Below, in pieces: positions 16,797-25,708 of a stretch of 64,000 bases of DNA. The notes below the pieces were generated by a model. The model searched no databases and was not told the origin of the DNA. It worked only from the letters and a program-made list of their open reading frames with translations. Every line of letters begins with the position of its first letter. Position 1 is the stretch's first letter. Source of the stretch: an uncultured Polyangiales bacterium (GTDB lineage Bacteria; Myxococcota_A; Polyangia; Polyangiales; JADJMO01); NCBI GenBank assembly GCA_964624885.1, contig CAZUZY010000004.1, positions 1,438 to 65,437 of the forward strand, read 5' to 3'. Made by a program: the position numbers and the translations under genes.

Positions 16797-17386
16797 TCCG
16801 ACATCTCGAACGCGAGCGGGTAGCGGACGAAGACCCGTCCCTTGTCCGGGGCCGGATACGAGAGGCAGGCGAACACCCGCTCCATGCAGCCCAGCAACTC
16901 CTCGTCGACCAGCGACGTGGCCGGGCTCCGCACGTCGGCCCACTCGGTGTGCCCGTCGACGCCGACGACGAACTCCGTCGCCACCACCCCGACGCTGCTC
17001 GGCTCGCGCTTCAACAAGCGCTCGTAGCAAGCGCGGATGCGGGGGAAGTGGCTCCGCAGGATGCGCTTGATGAATTCGGGCCGCAGGCGCCCCTGGATCT
17101 CGGTGCCGGTCTCCCGCATCATGACCATGCGGGGTTTGACGCTCGGGGTCGGCGCCGCGGCGCTCGGGGTCGGCGGCGCGGCGCTCGAGGACGGCGGCGC
17201 CGACGCCGCGACCGGTGGCGTCGGTTTGCCGCTCGGCACGGGGAGGCGGTCCCCCTCGGGGCACACGTAGCCGCGCTTCGGCGGCTTCTCGGGCGTCGCC
17301 CCCAGCGCGGTCTCGAAGGGCACGGGTGGGCTTGGACGCGGCGCGCCGCACGCGGCGAGGGCCACGAGGACCACGGCTCTTCTCAT
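16793..17386 (-). CDS. AgmX/PglI C-terminal-domain-like lipoprotein
   Basis: MRRAVVLVALAACG provides a lipobox and is followed by a Pro/Ala/Ser linker. Next comes GRLRPEFIKRILRSHFPRIRACYERLLKREPSSVGVV...LLGCMERVFACLSYPAP..GRVFVRYPLAFE, the myxobacterial AgmX/PglI-type C-terminal domain (from memory). Confidence 0.75.
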   Translation of the reverse strand: MRRAVVLVALAACGAPRPSPPVPFETALGATPEKPPKRGYVCPEGDRLPVPSGKPTPPVAASAPPSSSAAPPTPSAAAPTPSVKPRMVMMRETGTEIQGRLRPEFIKRILRSHFPRIRACYERLLKREPSSVGVVATEFVVGVDGHTEWADVRSPATSLVDEELLGCMERVFACLSYPAPDKGRVFVRYPLAFEMSD

Positions 17387-17514
17387 GGACGCGGACTCTA
17401 GATCCGCTGGGCAGGCAGATCACAGGATCGTGTGCCACGATGGCGCACGACACCGCGACACCCACGGTCCGACACGTCTCGCCCTGTGGCCCACTCGTTG
17501 CTCTGGTCGATCCC

Positions 17515-18792
17515 ATGCCCTTCCTCGAGCTCTCCCAGATCTTCCGCGCCATCGCCCTCGGGACCCTCGCCACCAGCGTGGTGGGGTGCAGCCACACGCT
17601 CGACCTCTCCCGCTTCGACGTGAGCCTCTGCGAAGGGGGAAAGTACCGCGTGATCAAGGGATTCCGGGCGGGGCTCGGCGTCGACTACGTCGCCCTCCAG
17701 GGGAAGGACGGCACCACGAGCGCCACGGCGACCGTCGTGGAGGCCGAGGGGACACCTTGCTCGGGCGCAACAGACCCCGGCGCCTGTTCGGCCGCCCTCA
17801 CCTCCGCGATCGCCGCCGCCGACGGGTGGTACCGCGGCGACTTCGGCCCCAACCTGCACTTCCTCGTGACCACGCGTGGCAACGAGGTGCGCGTGTACAA
17901 GACCCTGGCCGAGGTCAAGGCTCTCCTCACGCCCATCGACTCGCCCGCCGAGGCGGCGTTCCTGTTGACCGAGACGGGCCCGCACCGCATCCAGTGCAAC
18001 TACGCCAACGCGCACGCGGTCTCCGGCGGGTTCGAGATCGTGACCGAGACCGGCTCGGGGTGCGGCGACGACATCCAGCGCCGCATCACCTTCGTGGGGT
18101 CGACGGGCGCGACCAGCGAGAGCGACCACGAGGTGCTCGTCGAGGGCGATCCGGGGTGCGTCGTCGGGCGTCGACCCGAAGGCCTGCGGGAGCCGTCGGC
18201 GCGCGCCGACCTCGGCGGGTACTTCGCGCTGCTCGCCCACCTCGAGGCGGCGGCGATCGTGGCCTTCGCGAGGCTCGCGGCGGAGCTGCGGCTGCACGGC
18301 GCGCCCGGCGTCCTCGTGCGCGCGGCCGAGGCGGCGCGTCGGGACGAAATCCGACACGCCAGGACGATGCGCGCGCTCGCGCGACGGTTCGGCGGATCGC
18401 CGCTCCCGATCGAGGTGGCCGAGGTCGCCCCCCGCCCGCTCCTCGCCGTGGCGGTCGAGAACGCGGCCGAGGGCTGCGTGCGGGAGGCGTTCGGTGCGGT
18501 CGTCGGGGCCTTCGCAGCCGAGCACGCGACGGACCCGGCCGTCGCGCGGGCGATGCGGGTGATCGCGGCCGACGAGGCCCGGCACGCGGCGCTCGCCTAC
18601 GCGGTCGACGCGTGGGCGCGCTCGGTGCTGGACGAGGAAGGCCTGGCGCAGGTCGAGGCGGCGCGGGCCGAGGCGCTCGCGGGGCTCGGACGCACCGCCG
18701 CGTGGTCGGCCGAGGTGCGCGCGTGCACGGGACACCCGGACGCCGCGGAGCACCACGCGCTCGCCGGACGCTTCGCGCGCTTCGCGGCCTGA
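17515..18792 (+). CDS. Lipoprotein with C-terminal ferritin-like (four-helix, EXXH) domain
   Basis: The ORF is 17215..18792; I prefer the ATG at 17515 (MPFLELSQIFRAIALGTLATSVVGCS, lipobox). The C-terminal half has LLAHLEAAAIVAF...RRDEIRHA...ENAAEGCVRE...AADEARHAALA, typical of ferritin-like diiron folds. Confidence 0.75.
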   Translation: MPFLELSQIFRAIALGTLATSVVGCSHTLDLSRFDVSLCEGGKYRVIKGFRAGLGVDYVALQGKDGTTSATATVVEAEGTPCSGATDPGACSAALTSAIAAADGWYRGDFGPNLHFLVTTRGNEVRVYKTLAEVKALLTPIDSPAEAAFLLTETGPHRIQCNYANAHAVSGGFEIVTETGSGCGDDIQRRITFVGSTGATSESDHEVLVEGDPGCVVGRRPEGLREPSARADLGGYFALLAHLEAAAIVAFARLAAELRLHGAPGVLVRAAEAARRDEIRHARTMRALARRFGGSPLPIEVAEVAPRPLLAVAVENAAEGCVREAFGAVVGAFAAEHATDPAVARAMRVIAADEARHAALAYAVDAWARSVLDEEGLAQVEAARAEALAGLGRTAAWSAEVRACTGHPDAAEHHALAGRFARFAA

Positions 18793-18873
18793 TCGCCGTG
18801 GAGCTCAGGAAGTGCGCTGGCCTTGCCTCCAGCCACACTGGGCTCGGATCGCGAACTCGGGTACGGAGGGGTG

Positions 18874-19524
18874 ATGCGACGGCACGTGCTCCGGACCGAC
18901 GGCCACGCGGACTTCGTCCCCCGCTTCGTCGCCACCCTGCCCGCGGTGCGCGAGCTGTCGTCGGTCTCGTTCGCCTACAGCCACGCCGAGGATCTCACCG
19001 ACGACGTGCGCCGTCACGTGGCGGTGGACGCCGCGGGCCACGGCACCCTGAGCGTCCTCGTGGATCTCGAGCTCGAGATGCGCTGGGTCGAGATCGAGGG
19101 CGACTCCGCGGCGTTCGAGCGCGCGGTGGACGACGCGGTCGTGGCGCTCGTGCAGATCGTCCCGCTGCGCCAGCTACGCGGCGAGGCGCGCCGGAGGCCC
19201 GACGAGGAGACCCTCGTGCGCCTCGCGCGCGGGGCCCAGCAGGTGGCCGACGCCGAGACCCTCGAGATCCTCGTGGCCGCCCTCGCGAGCGATCACCCTG
19301 CGCGCCTCTGCGGCGCCGCGATGGCCGCGCGGATCCTGCGGTGGCCCGAGCTCCTCGCCCCGCTCGAGGCGGCGAGCGCCGTCAAGCGCACCGCGCGCGT
19401 CAAGCGGGCGCTGCGCGAAGCCCTCGCCGCGGGTGGCGCGCGGACCGACGTCGACGCCCTCACGAGAGGCGACGCAGCAGCTCCTCCTGGGAGTGCACGC
19501 CCACCTTCTGGAACGCCGACTTGA
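18874..19524 (+). CDS. Hypothetical protein
   Basis: The ORF is 18823..19524. The ATG at 18874 is preceded by ggaggg. The 3' end overlaps the convergent response-regulator gene by 65 nt. No domain recognised. Confidence 0.4.
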   Translation: MRRHVLRTDGHADFVPRFVATLPAVRELSSVSFAYSHAEDLTDDVRRHVAVDAAGHGTLSVLVDLELEMRWVEIEGDSAAFERAVDDAVVALVQIVPLRQLRGEARRRPDEETLVRLARGAQQVADAETLEILVAALASDHPARLCGAAMAARILRWPELLAPLEAASAVKRTARVKRALREALAAGGARTDVDALTRGDAAAPPGSARPPSGTPT

Positions 19525-20113
19525 GGTGGTTGCGCACCGTCGCCGGGCTGATGTGCAGCCGCTCGGCGATGGTGGGCACGCGGAGGTGCTCGGCGAGGAG
19601 CCGCACGATCTCCCACTCGCGCTTGGACAGCAACGCCGCCGCGCCGACCCCCTGGTCGAGCGTGCGGCGGGCCGGGCTCACCAGGCCGAGCTGCGTCAGG
19701 ATGCGGGCGATGTCGTCGAGCGCTGCCGCGACGGGCGCGGTCGCGGTCGAGCTCAGCGAGAGCCGCACCGAGGTGAGGAGCTGGCTCTCGGTGAACGGCT
19801 TGGTGACGAACCCGCGAGGAGCGGTCTCGAGCGCTTCTTCGACGACGTCTGTGTCGACGCACCCGCTCAGATACAGGAACGGCACGCCGTGCTCCTTCAT
19901 CGCGCGCCCGACGGCGAGCCCGGAGGTCCCGGGCAACGAGATGTCGAGGAGCGCCAGGTCCACGCGGCGCCGACCGACCCACGAGAGGGCTGCCTCGCCG
20001 TCGCGGGCCGTCCCGACCACGCCGAACCCTCCCCGACCGAGCATCACCACCACGGTCTCGAGGACGCGCGGATCGTCTTCGACCACGAGGATGCCGGGTT
20101 GAGCTGCGTTCAT
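19460..20113 (-). CDS. Response regulator, receiver plus LuxR/GerE HTH (FIST module A output)
   Basis: This is the C-terminal part of ORF 19460..21748, starting at the in-frame ATG at 20113. ILVVEDDP...DLALLDISLPGTSG...TKPF is the receiver. LSKREWEIVRLLAEHLRVPTIAERLHISPATVRNHLKSAFQKVGV is the LuxR HTH. The start overlaps the kinase stop (ATGA). Confidence 0.9.
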   Translation of the reverse strand: MNAAQPGILVVEDDPRVLETVVVMLGRGGFGVVGTARDGEAALSWVGRRRVDLALLDISLPGTSGLAVGRAMKEHGVPFLYLSGCVDTDVVEEALETAPRGFVTKPFTESQLLTSVRLSLSSTATAPVAAALDDIARILTQLGLVSPARRTLDQGVGAAALLSKREWEIVRLLAEHLRVPTIAERLHISPATVRNHLKSAFQKVGVHSQEELLRRLS

Positions 20114-21969
20114 CTCGGACAGTGCTCTCCGCCGGCGACCAGCCGGCAATGGGGGAATCCGCCACACTCGAGACAAGACGTCTCCGCCGGCCCCAGCGCT
20201 TCTTCCACGTGTCGCAACAACTCCGTCGCGCCGAACGGCTTCGGGAGGAACCCCGCGTCGGACGCGCGCTCGTCGGCGTCGAAGGCGTGCCCCGAGGTGA
20301 ACAGCACGGGCAGCGCCGGCTTCTTCTGACGCAGGGCGCGGGCGAGCGCGACGCCACCCATGCCCGGCATGACGATGTCGGTCAGCAGGAGGTCGACGCG
20401 GTGGGCGTGGTCGTGGACGACCAGCGCGTCCTCGCCGCTGCGCGCCTCGAGCACGGCGAAGCCCTGCGCCTCCAGGATCCGCCGCACGATCGCGCGGATC
20501 CGGTCCTCGTCGTCCACGACCAGCACCGTGATCTTGCGGTGACGACCGGAGTCGGGGACCTGCCGCGCGCCGAGGGTCGGCAGGAGCACCGTGAAGCGGC
20601 TCCCTCGCCCGAGGGTGCTGTCCACGAGCACGTGGCCTCCCGACTGCTCCACCACTCCGTGCACGATGGCGAGGCCGAGGCCGGTGCCCTTGCCGACGGT
20701 GGCCGTGGTCTGGCTGGAGAAGAACGGCTCGAAGATCCGCGCCTGCGTCTCGGGGGCCATGCCGACCCCGGTGTCCGAGACCTCGAGCGCGCAGTAGCAC
20801 GACGGATCGAGCTTGCCGCCGGCCATGCGCACCTCCTCCGCCGAGGCGGCGCGCGTCTCGATCGTCAGCGCGCCGCCTTCGGGCATCGCGTCCCGCGCGT
20901 TGACCGCGAGGTTCATGATCGCCTGCTCGATCCGGGTCCGGTCGGCCATCACGTCGCCGACACCTGGATCGAGGTGCAGTCGCAGGTGCACGTGCTCCCC
21001 GATGAGGCGCGCGAGGATCTTGGCGAAGCCCTCGAGCAGGTTGTTCAGCGACAGGCGCTGCGGTCGCAGCTCCTGGCGGCGCGAGAAGGCGAGCAGCTGC
21101 TGGGTGATCCTCCGGGCCTGGTCGGCCGCGTCGACGATCGGCGCCACCTGGTCCCGGTGGGGCGAACCGTCCTCGAGATCGAGATCGAGCATCGACGCGT
21201 TGGCGAGGATGACGGTGAGCAGGTTGTTGAAGTCGTGGGCGATTCCCCCCGCCAGGCGCCCGATCGCCTCGAGCTTGCTCGCCTCGGCCAGGCGATGCTG
21301 CGCGCGCTCGACCTCCCGGAGCGTGTTGGCGAGCTGCTCGTTGCGCTGGCCGAGCTCGTGGGTCCGCGCCTCGAGGGCCTTGGTGAGGGCGATGTTGCGC
21401 AGGGCGCGGTCGAGGTGATCGTGGAGCAGGGCGAGGAACGGCCGGTGTCGCTCGCCCGGCGCCTCGAGGAAGAACGAGCGCTGGCTGCAGGGGCAGCTCC
21501 AGGCGACCAGCGCGCTGACCACCGAGTTGTGACCGATGGGCATGACGACACCGACGGTGCCCTCGACCGGCGCCGCCCCCACCACCCGCGCGAACGCCTC
21601 GGAGAGCTCCGCGTGGTCGCCCACGGCGCCGACCCACGGCCGCGCGTCGACGCTGGGCGCGACCTCGAGCGCCACGAGCCGCAAGCCGGTCGGCTCGACC
21701 AGCGCCTCGGGATCGCCGAGGGCGACGATGGTGTCGATGGCGAACCACTCCTCGAGGAGCGCGGCGGCGCGCTCGATCACCACGAGGGGACTCTCGAGCG
21801 CCGACGACGCGAGGGCGAACGTCGAGAGGGCCTGCACCCGCGTGAGCTGGCGGTCGAGCTCCGTCTGCGAGCGCGTCCAGCGGTGCTCGGTCTGCACGAG
21901 GTTCTTCACCTGCTCGTCGAGCTCGCGGTTCTCGGCCTCGAGGGCAGCGATGCGTGCGGCCTCGCTCAT
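20110..21969 (-). CDS. Hybrid sensor histidine kinase (FIST module A)
   Basis: The in-frame ATG at 21969 gives an N-terminal coiled coil (IAALEAENRELDEQVKNL) and a GAF-like region. The H-box is GGIAHDFNNLLTVI, the N-box NLAVNARDAM, and the G-boxes DTGVGM and GKGTGLGLAIV. A C-terminal receiver (VLVVDDE...DLLLTDIVMPGMGG...PKPF) follows. Confidence 0.9.
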   Translation of the reverse strand: MSEAARIAALEAENRELDEQVKNLVQTEHRWTRSQTELDRQLTRVQALSTFALASSALESPLVVIERAAALLEEWFAIDTIVALGDPEALVEPTGLRLVALEVAPSVDARPWVGAVGDHAELSEAFARVVGAAPVEGTVGVVMPIGHNSVVSALVAWSCPCSQRSFFLEAPGERHRPFLALLHDHLDRALRNIALTKALEARTHELGQRNEQLANTLREVERAQHRLAEASKLEAIGRLAGGIAHDFNNLLTVILANASMLDLDLEDGSPHRDQVAPIVDAADQARRITQQLLAFSRRQELRPQRLSLNNLLEGFAKILARLIGEHVHLRLHLDPGVGDVMADRTRIEQAIMNLAVNARDAMPEGGALTIETRAASAEEVRMAGGKLDPSCYCALEVSDTGVGMAPETQARIFEPFFSSQTTATVGKGTGLGLAIVHGVVEQSGGHVLVDSTLGRGSRFTVLLPTLGARQVPDSGRHRKITVLVVDDEDRIRAIVRRILEAQGFAVLEARSGEDALVVHDHAHRVDLLLTDIVMPGMGGVALARALRQKKPALPVLFTSGHAFDADERASDAGFLPKPFGATELLRHVEEALGPAETSCLECGGFPHCRLVAGGEHCPR

Positions 21970-23195
21970 GGGGCGTACACCGCGAGCACGGTCGCCGTGT
22001 AGTTGTGGTAGCGGGCCTTGCCGCCGAGCGGGGCGACCTCGCCGTAGCTGTGCATCCCGAGCCAGGGGACCTGGTCGCCGATGCGCGACTGGAGCGGCTC
22101 GACCGTGTGGGCGTAGGTCGTGGAGCCGAACAGCAGCTTGCCGCGACCGGCGCAGTCGAAGTGGAGCACGGCCTTCGGGCGGTCCGCGCGGTCGCCGAGT
22201 CGATCGCCGAGGGCCGCCGCGCTGGCGGCGATCGCGGAGGGGCTCCGCATCACCATGCGGATGGCATCGCCGGTGGAGAGATCGCCGCCCGGGAAGAACA
22301 GCGCGCCATCCTCCTTGCGCAGGAGCATCGGGGTGCGGATGGTGTATTCGGCCACGGCGCCACCGGGGGTGAGCTCGCGCCCCACGCTGACGTGCATGAT
22401 GCCGTCGGCGTTGAGCTCGGTGGGGTGCCCGTCGAGATAGGCGCGCACCTCGTCCCACGCCGGCCGGTGGTCGATCTCCTCCACCCAGCCGTCGTGGGCG
22501 CGGGTGATCCGCTTGCGCGAGCCGATCGGCGAGCACCCGTGGGAGACCCCGTGCGCGACCGAGCCTCGCCCGGTGAGCAGCAGCGCCGCGACACCGCCGC
22601 TGATCACGGAGTCCCCGTGCAGCTGCGAGGTGCGCTCCATCCGTTGCGCGTCGGCGCTCGCGCCACCGACGATCGGGAAGCCGTCGGGCAACCCCTCCTG
22701 CAAGCGCGCCAGGAACGCGCTGCAGTCACCGGCCAGCCCGTCGGGGAGCACGACGAGGGCCAGCGCATCGTCGGTGAGCTGCCGTTGGACCGCGGTCGCG
22801 AGGACGGTCCCGGCCTCGGCGGAGCGCTCGCCGTAGTCAGGAACGAGGAAGCCCGTGGCCCGCAGTCCGCCACCGATCGCCATGACCCCGAGCACGTGCT
22901 CGCCCTCGTCGGCGCGCCCCCGCGTGATGACGCCGCCGGCGGAGCACCCGGTGGTCTCGGCGCCGCACACGGCGCGCAGCGTCCGGGCCACCGCGACCGC
23001 GTCGTGTCGCGCGGTGTAGAAGGCGATCACGTGGTGGACCGGCCCCCCGAGCTCGGTGACCGCCTGCTCGATGGCCTCGCGGGCGGCGCGCTCGGACGAG
23101 CGGGCCGTGCTCCACCCGACGCCGGTCCACGCGCGGGACGACGCCTCGACGCCACCGACACCTCCATCGAGGGCCACGCCCGCGTCGAGCTTCAT
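21966..23195 (-). CDS. FIST N/C domain sensor protein (FIST module A)
   Basis: 409 aa. The pattern is typical of FIST: VIAFYTARHD, GCSAGGVI, LVVLPDGLAGD, IVGGASAD, FDCAGRGKLLFG, GMHSYGEVAP. Its stop overlaps the kinase start. Confidence 0.85.
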   Translation of the reverse strand: MKLDAGVALDGGVGGVEASSRAWTGVGWSTARSSERAAREAIEQAVTELGGPVHHVIAFYTARHDAVAVARTLRAVCGAETTGCSAGGVITRGRADEGEHVLGVMAIGGGLRATGFLVPDYGERSAEAGTVLATAVQRQLTDDALALVVLPDGLAGDCSAFLARLQEGLPDGFPIVGGASADAQRMERTSQLHGDSVISGGVAALLLTGRGSVAHGVSHGCSPIGSRKRITRAHDGWVEEIDHRPAWDEVRAYLDGHPTELNADGIMHVSVGRELTPGGAVAEYTIRTPMLLRKEDGALFFPGGDLSTGDAIRMVMRSPSAIAASAAALGDRLGDRADRPKAVLHFDCAGRGKLLFGSTTYAHTVEPLQSRIGDQVPWLGMHSYGEVAPLGGKARYHNYTATVLAVYAP

Positions 23196-23288
23196 GGGCT
23201 GTCACATCAGCAAGACACGTACCGGTTGTGTCGAGGTCGATTCAGGAGGCCATTTGTCACCACATGGGTCAGTTTTCACCCACCACTT

Positions 23289-23304
23289 TGCACCAAAGAG
23301 TGCA
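23289..23304. promoter_or_regulatory. Inverted repeat TGCAC-N6-GTGCA in a divergent intergenic region
   Basis: tgcac caaaga gtgca, read directly from the sequence. It lies between the FIST operon start (23195, -) and the RCC1 gene start (23480, +). The 5-6-5 geometry resembles Crp/Fnr-family operators, but the half-site sequence differs from the CRP and FNR consensus. Confidence 0.3.
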
Positions 23305-23372
23305 TTTCTCGACGGATCTTGTGCGGGTCACTCCTGACTCACTCCGCAGACTGTACCCCTCGTTCTGGGCCG

Positions 23373-23412
23373 GTCGAGATGGGTGAGACGAGGCGTCGAG
23401 ACGGGTGAGACG
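23373..23412. promoter_or_regulatory. Tandem 18-bp direct repeat GTCGAGA(T/C)GGGTGAGACG x2, period 22 bp
   Basis: The copies are at 23373-23390 and 23395-23412, with 17 of 18 bases identical. They lie 68-107 bp upstream of the RCC1 lipoprotein ATG. The spacing equals two helical turns, as for winged-helix or response-regulator sites. Confidence 0.35.
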
Positions 23413-23479
23413 GGAGGTAACGAAACCGCGCAGAAATCGACGGGCCGTGGGCCTTCGAAGCGACTGCTAGCGTGGCCCG

Positions 23480-24757
23480 ATGCGTCGTACCCACCTGCTC
23501 GCCCTCTCTTTCCTCGCTCTCCTCTCGCCTGCGTGCGTCACCCAGCAGGACGCTGCCGACGGCGGCGCGGACGCCGGGGTGGACAGCGCGCTGGATGCAG
23601 GCTCGGACGCGGCGGTCGACTCCGCGGTCGGCGACGACGGCATGGACACGACGAAGCCCGACGGTGGCGGGGGCGGGCCCGAGGTGAAGTCGCTCTCCGC
23701 GGGCAGCGAGATGACCTGCGCCGCCCTGGCCGACGGCACCGTGCGCTGCTGGGGCCGCAACAACGTCGGGCAGCTGGGCAACGGCGCGAAGACCTTCGAT
23801 CCCGTCGTGCGCCCCGTCCAGGTCACCGGCCTCACCGACGCCGTCGCGGTCTCCGCCGGCGTCGAGTACGCGTGCGCGCTCCGCGCCGGGGGCACGGTCG
23901 TCTGCTGGGGCGGCAACGCGCTCGGCGTGCTCGGCAACGGCACCACGACCGACGCGCTCACGCCGAGCCCGGTGACCGGCCTGACGGGGGTGAGCGAGAT
24001 CGCCGCGGGCTACTCGGCCACCTGCGCGCTCAAGACCGATGGGACCGTGTGGTGCTGGGGGCGGGGCGGCGACTACGGCACGACCTCGCTCACCCAGAGC
24101 AACGTCCCGGTGCAGGTCACAGGGCTCGCCAACGTCCAGCACCTGGCGAGCGCGAACGAGGGCGGCACCTCGTTCACCTCGCTGGTCTGCGCGCTCCTCG
24201 CGGACAAGACCGTGCAGTGCTTCAGCAACTACAACGGGTCCGGCCAGCTCGGGAACGGCACCAAGGACAGCTCGCGCACACCCGCGCCGGTCAGCGGGAT
24301 CGCCGACGCGAGCGCGATCACGGCCTCCCTGATCCACGCGTGCGCGGTGCGCGCCGACGGCACCTGGTGCTGGGGCGCGAGTCAGCTGGTGGGCGACGGT
24401 AGCGTCGAGAACCGGCTCCTGCCGGTGAAGGTCGCGCCGACGCTGTTCGCCGAGCTGTCCTCGGGCTTCGAGCACACCTGCGCGCGCGAGACCGGCGGCG
24501 CGGTGTGGTGCTGGGGCTCCAACAACCGCGGTCAGTCGGGCGACGGCGCGACGATCAAGGTGAGCGACTACCGCCTCAGCCCCGCCAAGTCGAACGTGAC
24601 CGACGCGGTGCTGCTGTCGGCCGGCATGTTCCACAACTGCGTGTACACCAAGGCCAAGCGCACCCTGTGCTGGGGCGCGAACAACTACGGCGAGCTCGGC
24701 TGGGGCACGCCCAGCAGCTCCGAGCGCACCTCGGTCCCGACCGAGGTCGTCTGGTAG
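23480..24757 (+). CDS. RCC1-repeat (beta-propeller) lipoprotein
   Basis: MRRTHLLALSFLALLSPACV provides a lipobox and is followed by a D/A/G linker. Seven or so repeats of the type CAL..DGTV.CWG.N..GQLG.G follow (VRCWGRNNVGQLGNG, VVCWGGNALGVLGNG, VWCWGSNNRGQSGDG, LCWGANNYGELGWG). Confidence 0.9.
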   Translation: MRRTHLLALSFLALLSPACVTQQDAADGGADAGVDSALDAGSDAAVDSAVGDDGMDTTKPDGGGGGPEVKSLSAGSEMTCAALADGTVRCWGRNNVGQLGNGAKTFDPVVRPVQVTGLTDAVAVSAGVEYACALRAGGTVVCWGGNALGVLGNGTTTDALTPSPVTGLTGVSEIAAGYSATCALKTDGTVWCWGRGGDYGTTSLTQSNVPVQVTGLANVQHLASANEGGTSFTSLVCALLADKTVQCFSNYNGSGQLGNGTKDSSRTPAPVSGIADASAITASLIHACAVRADGTWCWGASQLVGDGSVENRLLPVKVAPTLFAELSSGFEHTCARETGGAVWCWGSNNRGQSGDGATIKVSDYRLSPAKSNVTDAVLLSAGMFHNCVYTKAKRTLCWGANNYGELGWGTPSSSERTSVPTEVVW

Positions 24758-24797
24758 AGCCCAGGTAACGCGCCTCGAGGGGGCGCGACGCACGGGG

Positions 24798-25088
24798 ATG
24801 CGACGTCCGACACTCCTGCTCCTCGTCGCGATGGGCTGCGCGCGACCCGGCGCTGGCCGGGTCGACGAGCGAGCTTCGTGCGATGCCGACCGCGACTGCT
24901 CGGTCTCCTGCAGCACCGGCGCGGTCTCGCGTGCCTGGGCGCGGGAGCACATCTTCGAGGAGTGTAGCGGGGGCTGTGCGCAGCGGGTCCCGCGCTGCAT
25001 CGAGCACCAGTGCGTCGCCTACCTCGAGGGCAAGCTCGATGTGGCGTGTGGCACGGGTGTGCCGCACGTGGAGAAGACAGCGAAGTAG
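24798..25088 (+). CDS. Small Cys-rich lipoprotein
   Basis: MRRPTLLLLVAMGCARPG provides a lipobox. The protein is 96 aa, with eight further Cys residues in the mature part. Confidence 0.6.
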   Translation: MRRPTLLLLVAMGCARPGAGRVDERASCDADRDCSVSCSTGAVSRAWAREHIFEECSGGCAQRVPRCIEHQCVAYLEGKLDVACGTGVPHVEKTAK

Positions 25089-25180
25089 CTCCCCCACGAG
25101 ATTCGTCCGTCCGCGACTGCAGGCCGGGTCGTTCGGCCCGTTCCTCTGTTCTACGCGGCTCGCACCGCGCAAGGAGGACC

Positions 25181-25597
25181 ATGGCCCTGGACGCAGAAGC
25201 ACTTCGGTCGAGCCTCGAGCTCGTCGTCTCCCGTCAGCCCCACGTCACCCGGCGCTTCTACGAGATCCTCTATACGAGGTACCCGTCGGTGCAGTCGCTG
25301 TTCCGACGCAACGCTCCCGAGCAGCAGCAGAAGATGCTCCAGGAGGCGATCGTCGCCGTCGTCGACCACGTCGAGGACGCCACCTGGCTGACCACCACGC
25401 TCCGCGGGATGGGCAGCAAGCACGTCGAATACGGCGTCCGCCCGGAGATGTACGCCTGGGTCGGCGAGTGCCTCGTCGCCACCCTCGCCGAGATCGCCGG
25501 CGCCGACTGGTCGCCGCGGATCGAGAAGGCCTGGGTGGATGCCTACGGGGCCATCACGGGGCTCATGCTGGAAGGCGCGGCCTCGGCCGCCGCCTGA
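25181..25597 (+). CDS. Single-domain globin
   Basis: The ORF is 25010..25597. The ATG at 25181 is preceded by aaggagg. Globin hallmarks are present: FYEILYTRYPSVQSLF, a proximal-His region LRGMGSKHVEYGVRPEMYAWVGECL, and KAWVDAYGAITGLM. Confidence 0.85.
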   Translation: MALDAEALRSSLELVVSRQPHVTRRFYEILYTRYPSVQSLFRRNAPEQQQKMLQEAIVAVVDHVEDATWLTTTLRGMGSKHVEYGVRPEMYAWVGECLVATLAEIAGADWSPRIEKAWVDAYGAITGLMLEGAASAAA

Positions 25598-25708
25598 CGC
25601 GACCACCGCGACGGACGTTGCGCTCGCGCAGGCTCGCGGAGACAACAAACTCGCAACAGACGTGGCGGCGTGCGAACCGCATGTTCTGGCCCAACACAGG
25701 GGCCCAGC

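Noticed and set aside
17385-20102. 905-aa (+) ORF, and 963-aa (+) ORF 29230..32121
   Set aside because: These are extreme Arg/Gly/Pro/Asp low-complexity translations that cross several real genes on both strands.
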